Numbered from the stretch's first letter, positions 1 to 10,249 are shown. The stretch is 64,000 nt of DNA from Clostridia bacterium (GCA_029060065.1 JAIDUT010000058.1:242-64241); one strand, 5' to 3'. Notes: generated by a model not told the origin, from the letters alone. Translations and numbers: made by a program.

Positions 1-1577
1 ACGGTTATGTGATCACCGCCTTCCATATCGATGCAGTTATCAAGATTAAGAAGTTTCATAACCCCGATAATTACTGTCTGAAGGGATGGCGACAAAATCA
101 TATCGCCGTCTCTGTTGATGCTTGTTGAAAGCACTTCCGCAGACGCCGTTTCAGGTTTGAAGTCAGTACCGAAGAAACCGTCGATATAACCGGTAATCAA
201 CTCTACGAGTTGAGCAATATATTCTTTCAAAGGAAGTTTTATAGCGACTTTGATTCCGCCTTCTGCAAAACCGTTTACGCCGTCGGGCAATGCCTGGATA
301 TAGAGATAACCGTCAAGATAATTGGCTCTGACAATCTCGTTTTCTCCTGCATACAACATTACGTTTATATAATTGTTGTCTTCTTTACTTCCATAGAGAT
401 CGGGATCAAGAGAAGCCTTTATGTCAAGACTGTAATCAGCATGAGCGTTAAGAACTAAAATTCCCTCTCCGAACATCTTCTTGCCCAAGAATTCATCGAT
501 CATCGCGCCAACATCGAAGGCTTCGTCGCCCGTATTAAGGTCGAGCGAAAGATCTACGTTGAGATTGCCAAGCGTAAGCGTTTGGATATTCTCATGATCC
601 TTCACTTCTTCGGGAATATCAAGCTCGAGTGGCTCAGAACCAAAAGTAACTGCATTCTCGAAGCCAAGCAACGTCTGCTTATAATTCTCGCTTTCAGGGT
701 CGTTGTCAAGAAGTTCTAAACTAAACTCAGTCAATCTGCCGTTGTCAACAGTAGCAGTAATAGTACCGTTAGTGAGAGGTATCATTCCCAAAAGCGTGGC
801 AACGAAAGACAAGTCTAGTCCCTTCGGCAAAAGTTTACCTAAAAGACCTGTTTCCGAATCGAGCAAATCCATTATAGGTCCCAGAATGCCTTGAATGTCG
901 ATAGGAAGTTCAAACTTCTCCACGCCGTCCACATTTGAATATACTAGATCCTTTGATGGGGATAACTTACCCAACAATACATCCAATACTAGGTCAACTA
1001 TGCTGGTAATATTCATTCCGCCAAGCGATATCCCCTTAAGCAACTCTGATATTGTGTCAGGTAATTTATTTATAATAGATAATAAGTAATTAACATCGAT
1101 TTCGGCTACATTATAGATAACTTTCTTCTCATCGTCGCCGGATTGAACATACAGCCTTGAATTGACAATATAGACTGCCGATGTGATCTCACCTGTATTA
1201 GCATCCTTAAATACAGCAGATAACTGTAAATCATTATCTGACAAGTTGGCCTTTAAGGTCATTAGATATTTCTTGCCGTTTACAGTCGCATAGCCTTCAA
1301 AATCTATAGACATATATTCGCTGGGCATTGAGTCAGCGATATATTCCATTGCCGATCTAAAACTTGTGGCTTGCGGAACTACTGGTTCCGGCTCAGGATC
1401 AGGGTCAGGAAGCGGTCCCGGATTGGGTGGTTTAGGGTTTTCTTCATTTCCTGAGTTAGTTCCACCGCCATTATTCGGCGTCTTTGCTTTTGGCTTACAA
1501 GCTACCAATGCTATAGACAGCATTAATACTACTAATAGTAGTACTGCTATCATCACAAGCCATTTCTTGTTACGCAT
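1..1577 (-). CDS. Putative secreted lipoprotein, 3' end cut by the window edge (>525 aa)
   Basis: The minus-strand frame is open from the ATG at 1577 to position 1 (read by eye, no in-frame stop). A GGAGGGAG Shine-Dalgarno sits just upstream. The N-terminus MRNKKWLVMIAVLLLVVLMLSIALVAC is a signal peptide with a lipobox Cys, followed by a Pro/Asp/Glu-rich linker. It is absent from the ORF track because there is no in-window stop. Confidence 0.7.
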   Translation of the reverse strand, partial: MRNKKWLVMIAVLLLVVLMLSIALVACKPKAKTPNNGGGTNSGNEENPKPPNPGPLPDPDPEPEPVVPQATSFRSAMEYIADSMPSEYMSIDFEGYATVNGKKYLMTLKANLSDNDLQLSAVFKDANTGEITSAVYIVNSRLYVQSGDDEKKVIYNVAEIDVNYLLSIINKLPDTISELLKGISLGGMNITSIVDLVLDVLLGKLSPSKDLVYSNVDGVEKFELPIDIQGILGPIMDLLDSETGLLGKLLPKGLDLSFVATLLGMIPLTNGTITATVDNGRLTEFSLELLDNDPESENYKQTLLGFENAVTFGSEPLELDIPEEVKDHENIQTLTLGNLNVDLSLDLNTGDEAFDVGAMIDEFLGKKMFGEGILVLNAHADYSLDIKASLDPDLYGSKEDNNYINVMLYAGENEIVRANYLDGYLYIQALPDGVNGFAEGGIKVAIKLPLKEYIAQLVELITGYIDGFFGTDFKPETASAEVLSTSINRDGDMILSPSLQTVIIGVMKLLNLDNCIDMEGGDHIT

Positions 1578-1866
1578 AATTCTCTCCCTCCTTCAAATTA
1601 TTGCGTTTGCATCCGTCACTTTATTTTATTCAAATATACGACAAATTTGTCAAAACGCATATTTTAGGACAGTATCATTATTATATATCAACCTTAAAGA
1701 AACATTAAACTTTTGAATTTTTCTGAATTTTTTTGAATTTTTGTTGCTGTAAACTTAAAAATACCTTAATAAATCAGTGAATTTTGTAAGTTTTTTCCAA
1801 ATTATCATAAAATATGGGGAAATTGTCGCCGACATAGAGTAAGTAGATTGTTAAAGAATTAACAAT

Positions 1867-3711
1867 CTACTTATACTTAGTTCTTGCCACAGCGCTCTCC
1901 CAACCAAGAAGTAGTTCATACCGAGAATTCTCGTCCATGGTAGGCTTAAATACCCTGCCCTTACCTATTTGCATTCTAAGCCTATCGACATCTTTCCATA
2001 CTCCGATACAAAGACCTGCCAAATAACATACGCCCAAAGCAGTCGTTTCTACTACAGCCGGTCGCAAAACCTCAGCTTGAAGTAAATCTGCTTGGAATTT
2101 CATTAGTATATCGGATACGCTTGCACCTCCGTCTACTGCCAGCGCCGTTATTTTTCTGCCGATATCGCTTTCCATTGCGTGTACTACGTCAAAAACCTGA
2201 TAGGCAATGGACTCCAACGCGGCGCGTACGAAATGCTCTCTTTTTACGCCTCTGGTAAGCCCCACTACCGTACCCCTGGCGTTTGCGTCCCAGTGCGGAG
2301 CGCCCAAACCCACGAAAGCCGGCACAATATATACGCCGTTGGTATTTTCGACCTTAGCAGATAGTTCATCGGCTTCTTTTGCCGAAGATATAAGCTTCAT
2401 TTCATCTCTTAGCCATTGCAATACCGCTCCGCCGACAAATACGCTACCTTCAAGAACGTATTGCGGTCTGCCGTCTTGCATGCTAGCCGACAATGTAGTG
2501 ATAAGTCCGCGCTTAGATGTCACGAACTCGCTCCCCGTATTCATTAAAGTAAAACAACCTGTGCCATACGTATTCTTTACGCTACCCTTATCTATACACA
2601 GATGCCCGAACAACGCCGATTGCTGGTCGCCCGCAACTCCGCAAATAGGTATTTCCGCCCCGGCGACTTTTTTGTCGCACACCCCGTAGTTATACGACGA
2701 CGGGAATACCTGTGGCAACATATTTTTCGGTATACCGTACAATTCAAGCAATTCGTCGTCCCACTCCAACGTTTTGATATTAAACATCATTGTTCTCGAC
2801 GCATTGGTATAATCGGTGGCGTGAATTTTTCCTCCTGAGAGTTTCCACATAAGATATGTATCGACAGTCCCGAAGAGAAGTTGACCTTTTTGAGCTTTAT
2901 CCCTAGCGCCTTTGACGTTGTCGAGTATCCACTTTAGCTTCGTCGCCGAAAAATATGCGTCGACCGTCAAGCCTGTCTTGGAGTATATCAATTCGTCATA
3001 CCCCTTTGCTTTCAACTCGTCGCAATAATCCGCAGTACGACGGCATTGCCATACGATTGCATTGTAAATCGGCTTACCTGTGTTCTTGTCCCATACGATA
3101 GCCGTTTCGCGTTGGTTGGTAATACCTAAAGCCGATATATCGCTAATAGCAACTCCGCTCTTATTAACAGCAGACTTAAATACTTCTAGCTGACTGTTCC
3201 ATATATCTTCGGGGTCATGTTCTACCCAGCCCGCCTTAGGATAGATTTGTTTGAACTCCTTTTGCGCAGACGCAACTATCTTACCGTAATCGTCAAAGAC
3301 TATAGCTCTCGAAGAAGTTGTGCCTTGATCCAATGATACAAAGTATTTTCTCGGACTTTTTGATACTGATTTGGTAGCGATAAAATCTACTCCCAGTCCC
3401 AATATATTTTCAATTATTACTTGACCTATCTCTACGGGCGCTTGAACTATCACGCCGTCCAAAAGTTGCAATGCGTCGAACATCTTATCTTTAGGTATAG
3501 GCTCGCTCGTCTTGATACTGACCATATTTATCTCACCGCCTGCCACGTCTACAACAGATGTTACGACGCGCTTGGGACAGACTGCTTCGTCCTTAGCGTA
3601 CTTCGCGCCACGAGGACAAGTATTGCCTGTGACAGTTATATTATTTACGTCGCTGTCGTCAACTTGCAAGTGACATCCCATCGGACAGCAAATACATATC
3701 ATTTCTTTCAT
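1867..3711 (-). CDS. glpK: Glycerol kinase with an N-terminal DUF1667-like Cys-rich domain (fusion protein)
   Basis: Residues from about 120 onward carry FGGY/GlpK motifs (SLDQGTTSSRAIVFD, GWVEHDPEDIW, ITNQRETAIVWD). The first ~115 aa (CICCPMGCHLQV..GNTCPRGAKYAKDE..TSVV) match the DUF1667 pattern. Confidence 0.9.
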   Translation of the reverse strand: MKEMICICCPMGCHLQVDDSDVNNITVTGNTCPRGAKYAKDEAVCPKRVVTSVVDVAGGEINMVSIKTSEPIPKDKMFDALQLLDGVIVQAPVEIGQVIIENILGLGVDFIATKSVSKSPRKYFVSLDQGTTSSRAIVFDDYGKIVASAQKEFKQIYPKAGWVEHDPEDIWNSQLEVFKSAVNKSGVAISDISALGITNQRETAIVWDKNTGKPIYNAIVWQCRRTADYCDELKAKGYDELIYSKTGLTVDAYFSATKLKWILDNVKGARDKAQKGQLLFGTVDTYLMWKLSGGKIHATDYTNASRTMMFNIKTLEWDDELLELYGIPKNMLPQVFPSSYNYGVCDKKVAGAEIPICGVAGDQQSALFGHLCIDKGSVKNTYGTGCFTLMNTGSEFVTSKRGLITTLSASMQDGRPQYVLEGSVFVGGAVLQWLRDEMKLISSAKEADELSAKVENTNGVYIVPAFVGLGAPHWDANARGTVVGLTRGVKREHFVRAALESIAYQVFDVVHAMESDIGRKITALAVDGGASVSDILMKFQADLLQAEVLRPAVVETTALGVCYLAGLCIGVWKDVDRLRMQIGKGRVFKPTMDENSRYELLLGWESAVARTKYK

Positions 3712-3733
3712 ATACTTTCCTCCCTATCTTATA

Positions 3734-4990
3734 TCAATCTTTAAGACGCAACGTCAACTTATTGCCCTTTTGTATTCTTCTAATCTGCTCGCTATTCAAA
3801 ACTACGCTTTCCATTTCGCCCGGCGTAACGATTTGTTTTTTCTTGGATAATACTTCTTCGCCGTCTATCTCGGCTACAAGCCTTTTATTCTTGAACACTC
3901 CGCTTACGCGCATTTTGAGTTGTAACTTGTCAATACTTGCGCTCTTAGATAGATACTGCGGTACGACGTAGCGTACTCCGTCTTCCCCGACAATACTAAC
4001 TTTCTCATCGGGCTTAATACCTTCCTTAATATATTTAACAGCGCTAATGCCTGCTTCATCGCTTTCCTTACTTACAAAGTCCACAAGGTCATGTACGTGA
4101 AGCACGTTGCCACATTCAAAAATACCTGCGACTGACGTCATCATACTCTCGTCGACTATTGCTCCACCTGTTACTCCCGAAATCTTTACTCCTGCTTTCT
4201 CGGCAAGTTCTTTTTCGGGAACCAAGCCTATACTCAAAAGCAGAGTATCGCATTTTATTTCCTGCGCCGTATCCATAATCGGATTGAGCTTTTCGTCCAC
4301 CTGCGCAATAACGACGCTACTTACTCTCTTGTCGCCCTTTATCTCCACAACAGTGTGCGAGAACAAAAGCGGTATGTCAAAGTCTTTGACGCATTGTACA
4401 ATATTTCTGTTTAGTCCCGACGAATAGGGCATAAGCTCGACGATTGCCTTGACTTTTGCGCCCTCATAAGTCATACGCCTTGCCATGATAAGACCTATGT
4501 CGCCACTTCCTAGAATAACCACCTCTTTCCCCGGCATATATCCGTCGATATTGATCAACTTTTGGGCCGTGCCTGCCGAGAATATACCTGCGCATCGACT
4601 ACCGGCGACATTGATACCGCCTCTCGGTCGCTCTCTGCAACCGCAAGCTACTATCACGGCTTTTGCTTGATACTTGAGCATTCCGTCGGTTTCATTTACT
4701 GCCGTCACAACTTTATCGTTACTTATTGAAAGCACTGTAGTGTCAAGTTTGTACTCAATACAGCGTTTTTGAATTTCGTCTATATATCTCGATGCATATT
4801 CGGGGCCCGTCAACTCTTCGTTGAACGTATGCAAACCAAAGCCGTTGTGTATACATTGATTGAGTATACCGCCAAGCTCGCTTTGCCTTTCCAATATGAC
4901 CATATCTCGCTCGCCCGCATCGTACGCGCTCTTTGCGGCCGCAAGTCCCGCAGGTCCTCCGCCTATTATCACAAGATTTTTATTTATCAT
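3734..4990 (-). CDS. NAD(P)/FAD-dependent pyridine nucleotide-disulfide oxidoreductase (second subunit of a clostridial-type glycerol-3-phosphate oxidoreductase operon)
   Basis: The N-terminal Rossmann motif is VIIGGGPAGLAAA and a second dinucleotide fold is VVILGSGDIGLIMA. It sits between the GlpA-like gene and the DUF1667-glpK gene. Confidence 0.8.
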   Translation of the reverse strand: MINKNLVIIGGGPAGLAAAKSAYDAGERDMVILERQSELGGILNQCIHNGFGLHTFNEELTGPEYASRYIDEIQKRCIEYKLDTTVLSISNDKVVTAVNETDGMLKYQAKAVIVACGCRERPRGGINVAGSRCAGIFSAGTAQKLINIDGYMPGKEVVILGSGDIGLIMARRMTYEGAKVKAIVELMPYSSGLNRNIVQCVKDFDIPLLFSHTVVEIKGDKRVSSVVIAQVDEKLNPIMDTAQEIKCDTLLLSIGLVPEKELAEKAGVKISGVTGGAIVDESMMTSVAGIFECGNVLHVHDLVDFVSKESDEAGISAVKYIKEGIKPDEKVSIVGEDGVRYVVPQYLSKSASIDKLQLKMRVSGVFKNKRLVAEIDGEEVLSKKKQIVTPGEMESVVLNSEQIRRIQKGNKLTLRLKD

Positions 4991-4998
4991 AATTCCCC

Positions 4999-6432
4999 CT
5001 ATTTTCTACCCTTGGTTTTGCCAAATACTATCTTGCCACCCGGGCTCTTTTCCACTTCCTCAAAAGCTATGCCAAGTTCTCGCTCCAGTATGTCCATTAC
5101 CTTTTCCATACAAAAACCGCTCTGGCATTTACCCATACCAGCGCGGGTACGGAACTTAACTCCGCCTACGTCCTTAGCGCCGACAGGACGGTTTATTGCG
5201 TCGACTATCTCGCCTTCGGTAACGGTTTCGCACTTGCATATAACTTTGCCGTACAGCGGATTGGTCTTGATTAGTTCAGCTCTCTCTTCGTCGCTCAAGG
5301 TGGCAAAACGCGGTATACCTTTGCGCGTCGCAATAAAGTCGTCTTTCTTGGCAAGCGCGAGCTTACCTGCGATGTCTTCCGCAACGTATACTCCGATTGC
5401 TGGAGCAGAGGTCAGCCCGGGCGACTCTATCCCAGCCACGTTGTAAAAGCCCTTTTGCGAACTTTCGCCTATTATGAAATCTCCGTCAACGCTGTGAGCC
5501 CTCAAACCGCTGAACTGCGTAATAACAAATCTCTTATTGAGTGAAGGTACGCTTATAATAGCTTTTTCGTATACCTCTTTGAGTCCCTCGTAAGTGGTAT
5601 ACAGTCCCTCTTTATCCTCGACGTCCTTTGCCGTAGGTCCAGTTATGATATTGCCGTGCGTAGTGGGAGAAACCAAAATTCCTTTGCCCATTTTACTGGG
5701 CATCTGGAATATAGTTCTGCTCGCCAAATATCCGCAAGACTTATCGTATAACATATATTCGCCTTTTCTTGCGACTATCTTTATCTTTTCGTCGCATACC
5801 ATATTATTTATATCGTCTGCATATACGCCCGCGCAATTTATTACGACGTCTGCTAAATACCCCGACCCGTCCTTTGCGCTTACTTTCCACCTATCTTTTT
5901 CTTTGGAGATATCACATACTTCTTTGTTGAACAAAATTTCACAGCCGTTTACCGAAGCGTTTTCCGCATACGCAATACACATCTCGTAAGGGCTGACTAT
6001 ACCTGAAGTCTTGGCGTACAACGCGCCTACTACTTTATCGCTGATATACGGCTCTAACTGTCTAGCCTTTTCGCCGTCAAGAATTTCTAGTCCAGTAACG
6101 CCGTTTGCTACGCCCCTGTCGTAAAGTTCTTTAAGCGCGCCTAGCTCTTCCTTGTCAAAACAAAGCACCAAAGCTCCGTTGCGCTTAAATGGAAAATCAA
6201 GTTGTTGAGAAAGTTCATCGAACATAGCGTTGCCAAGCATATTGAATTTGGCTTTGAATGTATGAGGCGTCGCATCGAATCCTGCGTGGACGATACCCGA
6301 ATTTGCCTTTGTTGTGCCTTGAGTTACGTCACCTCGTCTTTCCAATAACGTTATATTAACTCTATAGCGACTAAGTTCTCTGGCAATCGCGCAACCTATA
6401 ATACCGCCACCGATAATGATAATATCTTTCAT
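4999..6432 (-). CDS. FAD-dependent glycerol-3-phosphate dehydrogenase/oxidase-like oxidoreductase with a C-terminal BFD-like [2Fe-2S] domain
   Basis: It has the FAD motif IIIGGGIIGCAIARELS. The C-terminal CKCETVTEGEIVDAI...C..GFC is a BFD-like Cys pattern. The operon context includes glpK. Confidence 0.8.
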   Translation of the reverse strand: MKDIIIIGGGIIGCAIARELSRYRVNITLLERRGDVTQGTTKANSGIVHAGFDATPHTFKAKFNMLGNAMFDELSQQLDFPFKRNGALVLCFDKEELGALKELYDRGVANGVTGLEILDGEKARQLEPYISDKVVGALYAKTSGIVSPYEMCIAYAENASVNGCEILFNKEVCDISKEKDRWKVSAKDGSGYLADVVINCAGVYADDINNMVCDEKIKIVARKGEYMLYDKSCGYLASRTIFQMPSKMGKGILVSPTTHGNIITGPTAKDVEDKEGLYTTYEGLKEVYEKAIISVPSLNKRFVITQFSGLRAHSVDGDFIIGESSQKGFYNVAGIESPGLTSAPAIGVYVAEDIAGKLALAKKDDFIATRKGIPRFATLSDEERAELIKTNPLYGKVICKCETVTEGEIVDAINRPVGAKDVGGVKFRTRAGMGKCQSGFCMEKVMDILERELGIAFEEVEKSPGGKIVFGKTKGRK

Positions 6433-6497
6433 AATCCCTCTTGCTCTTTTATTTATAATAAATTATATCATATATTTCAGATAAATTCAACATAAAA

Positions 6498-6525
6498 ATA
6501 TACGCTCATTTTATTGAGCGTATAT
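6498..6525 (-). terminator. Rho-independent terminator downstream of the DUF975 gene
   Basis: The minus strand reads ATATACGCTCAATAAAATGAGCGTATAT followed by TTTTAT. Confidence 0.7.
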
Positions 6526-6545
6526 CATACTAAAAATCGTAATAA

Positions 6546-7286
6546 TTATTTGAATTCGTCGTTGTCTTGTGAGAAATCAAAGTCTTCTTTGAAGTCGTCC
6601 ATTTGAATATTACTATCGGCAAAAGCATCGTCATTATTGCTAAAATCCGAATTCAAATCGCCGTCTACTATAACACTGCTGTCGTTTACCGCGCTGTTAG
6701 CTCTCTCTTCTTCAGGGAGCAAGCTCAAATAGAACTTAGCCTTAGCAATTTCCATATAAGGACTAACCCAGAAAGTCAAGATTCCAAAAGTGAGCAAACA
6801 AAGCATGTACCATCCTATAAAGCTGAATTGCAGACAGAACAATCTCCACTTATTACCTTTCATCATCTCGATTGACTTCTTTCTTGCGTCGTTTGCAGAA
6901 ATATTAGGATCGTCAAGCAAAATATAATAACTCATGGAATAAGCAAATGACTTGATAATTCCCGGAACAATAAAAAGTAATGCCCACAACGCTATGAAAA
7001 TTTGATTGGTAATATACAATACCAACGACCTTCCAAAGTCACTAAAGCCGTTGAAAAGCATACCCAAATCAACTTCTTTATCACGAGCAACGTTGAGAGC
7101 AATCTTGGAATAACCTATAGTCAAAGGTCCCATAACGATTAGCATTACGACAGCGCCTACGCCAATATAAGTCAATCCCGATAACGCTCCCCAAATCGCA
7201 TCGAAGATAAGGGATGCGAGTACGCAAACTCCCCATTTGCCTTTTAGGCTTTGCCATGCAGATTTTCTAAAATCTTTTGCCACCAT
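6546..7286 (-). CDS. DUF975-family integral membrane protein with an acidic C-terminal tail
   Basis: The N-terminus FRKSAWQSLKGKWG and the multi-TM layout are typical of DUF975. The tail is Asp-rich. Confidence 0.65.
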   Translation of the reverse strand: MVAKDFRKSAWQSLKGKWGVCVLASLIFDAIWGALSGLTYIGVGAVVMLIVMGPLTIGYSKIALNVARDKEVDLGMLFNGFSDFGRSLVLYITNQIFIALWALLFIVPGIIKSFAYSMSYYILLDDPNISANDARKKSIEMMKGNKWRLFCLQFSFIGWYMLCLLTFGILTFWVSPYMEIAKAKFYLSLLPEEERANSAVNDSSVIVDGDLNSDFSNNDDAFADSNIQMDDFKEDFDFSQDNDEFK

Positions 7287-7436
7287 TTTTACACCTCGTT
7301 TAGTTATATTTTTAACAACTTTATTCTAGCAAACAGTATAACTTATGTCAATATGTTTTTTATGTAATTTTTACAAAAAAATTAGTTTCTTTTTATATTA
7401 TGCACGCGCAATGCAAATCTTGACAACTGTAGAAAT

Positions 7437-7637
7437 TTATTTAACGCTCTTTTTCGCGGTTGCCTTTTTCGTAGCGGACTTTGCGCTCTTACTTGCCTTC
7501 AATGCCTTATCGCATGGGTTTTCCAAACTCTTGTCGCATTTTGAGCAATGATCGTACGTTCCGCAGGTATCGTAACCTGCCTTTTGGCTATCATTCCATT
7601 TCTTAATGTCCATTTCCTGTTGTTTCTTAGTAAGCAT
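7437..7637 (-). CDS. Small hypothetical protein with a Cys cluster and a Lys/Ala-rich tail
   Basis: A GGAGG RBS lies about 8 nt upstream of the ATG. The 66-aa product contains CGTYDHCSKCDKSLENPC and a KSAKSATKKATAKK tail. Confidence 0.45.
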   Translation of the reverse strand: MLTKKQQEMDIKKWNDSQKAGYDTCGTYDHCSKCDKSLENPCDKALKASKSAKSATKKATAKKSVK

Positions 7638-7683
7638 ATCTTAATCCTCCATTGAAATACTGCTTTATATATCGCAAGATATT

Positions 7684-8358
7684 TTATTTTTCTTTCTCTA
7701 AGACTTGTCTAGCGCATTTTTGTTGAGCTCTCTTTTTATTTTCACCCTCTGCGCTAGCCACAAGATTGCCGTCAATATATAATTCTACCGAAAATATAGG
7801 ACGGTGTTCTTCTCCCGTCTTGCCGTTGTCCTTAAACTCAATAGTATGCCCCGAATACTTTTCGTATAAAGTAGACTTAAAGTCTTTTTTCCAGTTGTCG
7901 TTAGCGACAGATATAAGTTCTTGCAAATCTTTTAGAATAAATTTTCTTGCATTTTCGATACCGCCGTCGAGATATATCGCTCCGCAAATAGCCTCGAACA
8001 CGTCGCTTCTAATATTGTCGCTCAAATCCCCAAAGCCCATTTTGAGATACTTATCGTATCCTCTTTCTTTGACTATTCCTGCCAGCGGAGTAGCTGACAC
8101 TATTGCGCATCTCATCTTCGTCAATCTACCCTCGTCGAAACTGGGGTACGCTTTGCCTAGCTCGTCTGCAATAATAAAATCCAGTATACTGTCGCCCAAA
8201 AATTCCAATTTCTGATAGTTCTCTCCGCCGTGTATATGAGAATACGAGGGGTGCGTCAACGCCCTTTGTAACTTATCTTTATCAACAAACGTATAGCCTA
8301 TCAAAGTTTCTATATCTTGCATTATCCCTCTATGAGTACTTATAATTTCATGCGACAA
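7684..8358 (-). CDS. rnc: Ribonuclease III
   Basis: It carries the RNase III signature LEFLGDSILDFIIADEL and a C-terminal dsRBD (KTGEEHRPIFSVELYIDG...G..KKRAQQ.A). It sits downstream of plsX, as in many Firmicutes. Confidence 0.95.
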   Translation of the reverse strand: MSHEIISTHRGIMQDIETLIGYTFVDKDKLQRALTHPSYSHIHGGENYQKLEFLGDSILDFIIADELGKAYPSFDEGRLTKMRCAIVSATPLAGIVKERGYDKYLKMGFGDLSDNIRSDVFEAICGAIYLDGGIENARKFILKDLQELISVANDNWKKDFKSTLYEKYSGHTIEFKDNGKTGEEHRPIFSVELYIDGNLVASAEGENKKRAQQKCARQVLEKEK

Positions 8359-8384
8359 TCTTTTTCTATACTCTTCTTTTTGAT

Positions 8385-9404
8385 CTAGATTTCAGTATCT
8401 TTAATATTCGAGCCGAGCGCGCTTGCTATCTTAGAACATACGTCTGCCTCAGCCATTTCTTTGGCGCGTACTATTGCGTTCTTAAACGCAACTGCGTTGC
8501 TTGCGCCGTGCGCTTTGACAACAACCTTTTTAACGCCTAGGAAAACCCCTCCGCCTACCGTATCGCTCGACATCAGCGATTTAATTTTCTTAAGCGAAGG
8601 CTTGAGCAAAAGATACCCCAGTTTTGCTCTCAAACCGCCTTCCGTTATATATCTCTTAAGCATTGTAAAAATAGTTTTACCCATACCCTCTGCGGACTTC
8701 ATGCTCATATTTCCCGCAAAACCGTCTGCTACTATTACGTCGGCTTCGCCGGCAAACAATTCTCTTGCCTCGACATTGCCGACGAAATTCAAATCTGACT
8801 CTTTCAAAAGCGCGTACGCTTCTTTCGTCAAAGCGTTGCCTTTCCCCTCTTCAACTCCGTTATTGAGAAGAGCGACTTTCGGGCTCTCTATCCCGCTCGT
8901 ACTGCTCATAAATGTGCTACCCATAATAGCAAACTCTTTGAGCATGCTCGCCTTGCAGTCTACGTTGGCTCCTCCGTCCACGAGTATCGTAGACTTACCG
9001 TCGATCATAGTCGGCAAAAGCGGTGATAATGTAGCCCTCTGCACTCCCTCTATGAGTTTGACGAATACAGTTGCGCCGATTAGCAAAGCTCCCGTATTAC
9101 CCGACGAAACCATGCCGTCGTACTCTTCGCTCGCTAAAGTCTGAAGCCCCAGCATCATAGACGATTGCTTTTTTCTTCTCACGGCAAGCGTCGGCAAATC
9201 GTCGTTAGTCACTACTTCGCTTGCGTGTAAAATATTTATTCTTGACTTATCGTACGTCTTGTCCGCAAGATACGCGCCAATCACACTTTCATCTCCGCAA
9301 AGTGTGATAGCCAGTTCTTTATTCTCTTCAAGAGCCAATAACGCTCCGTCGATGGCGCTATTGGGACAGTTATCTCCGCCAAAACAGTCAAGTATTATCT
9401 TCAT
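8385..9404 (-). CDS. plsX: Phosphate acyltransferase PlsX
   Basis: MKIILDCFGGDNCP and VDGGANVDC are PlsX motifs. I prefer the ATG at 9404, which has a GAGGA RBS, over the ORF-track start at 9419. Confidence 0.9.
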   Translation of the reverse strand: MKIILDCFGGDNCPNSAIDGALLALEENKELAITLCGDESVIGAYLADKTYDKSRINILHASEVVTNDDLPTLAVRRKKQSSMMLGLQTLASEEYDGMVSSGNTGALLIGATVFVKLIEGVQRATLSPLLPTMIDGKSTILVDGGANVDCKASMLKEFAIMGSTFMSSTSGIESPKVALLNNGVEEGKGNALTKEAYALLKESDLNFVGNVEARELFAGEADVIVADGFAGNMSMKSAEGMGKTIFTMLKRYITEGGLRAKLGYLLLKPSLKKIKSLMSSDTVGGGVFLGVKKVVVKAHGASNAVAFKNAIVRAKEMAEADVCSKIASALGSNIKDTEI

Positions 9405-9464
9405 AGACTTCATCCTCATATAAGTATTCTACTTTTATTTTAATATATTCTTCTATAAAAATCA

Positions 9465-9492
9465 AGCGATAGCCTTAACTAAGGCTATCGCT
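9465..9492 (-). terminator. Rho-independent terminator
   Basis: The minus strand reads AGCGATAGCCTTAGTTAAGGCTATCGCT followed by TGATTTTTAT. Confidence 0.7.
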
Positions 9493-9589
9493 ATCTTTAT
9501 AATTTTAATACTTATTTATTCTTCCAAGCCGTATCCCGATACATAATGTATCAAATAAGAATACCATTTCCTCTAATTATTTAAGACTA

Positions 9590-10249
9590 TCACTCTACAA
9601 TAAACATTTTATCAAATAAATACCTCGCGTATTCGTTTACTTTTTCTCTTGCGAATTCAAGGTTATCATCTATCTCGGACGTATCTGAATCGTAGCTTGT
9701 TACGCCTGTTCTCGTATTTATATTATAGATTACCCCGTCCAAAACAAAATATATTGACACTTCCGCGCTGACGCTTGTAGCATGCGAGGATTCTACGTTG
9801 CTATGCTGATTATAATAAACGTCTACACCCTCAACCTTTTGAACGTCATAACCGTCTACCAACTGCGTAATATCCTCTCCTTTTGTTGCCGAAATGCTTG
9901 CGCTGACGTCTTGGCGTCCTAAATCCATTATATATCCGGTAGCATACTTATACTTTAAAGTAAGATTTGTGTACTTACCATAACGGTGATTGCTATCCTC
10001 GTCAGGCTTGGGAAAATAAACTCTGCAAGACATCTCGTTATTCGACGTCTTATTGACCTCGCCTTCAAGTCCGCTTGGCACTATAAAGTAATCGCCTAAT
10101 TTGTTTTGAAGAGTATCGTAGTCTACTTTCTTGCAATATACTTCCGTCGTCGCCCATATGCTAAACATCGTGATAGAAAATATCAGGACTACAGCTACTA
10201 TTACGGACACAGCTATTTTTACTTTACTCTTTTTTGTTAATTTAGTCAT
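9590..10249 (-). CDS. Hypothetical N-terminally membrane-anchored protein
   Basis: The 219-aa ORF has a single N-terminal TM segment (IAVSVIVAVVLIFSITMFSIWA). I recognise no motif. Confidence 0.6.
   Translation of the reverse strand: MTKLTKKSKVKIAVSVIVAVVLIFSITMFSIWATTEVYCKKVDYDTLQNKLGDYFIVPSGLEGEVNKTSNNEMSCRVYFPKPDEDSNHRYGKYTNLTLKYKYATGYIMDLGRQDVSASISATKGEDITQLVDGYDVQKVEGVDVYYNQHSNVESSHATSVSAEVSIYFVLDGVIYNINTRTGVTSYDSDTSEIDDNLEFAREKVNEYARYLFDKMFIVE

Noticed and set aside
210-1716. Four plus-strand ORFs (82, 63, 64 and 116 aa) at the start of the window.
   Set aside because: They run antisense to a continuous minus-strand reading frame that has a strong RBS and a lipoprotein signal peptide. 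The 116-aa ORF's Gly/Ser run is just the complement of the Pro/Asp/Glu linker.
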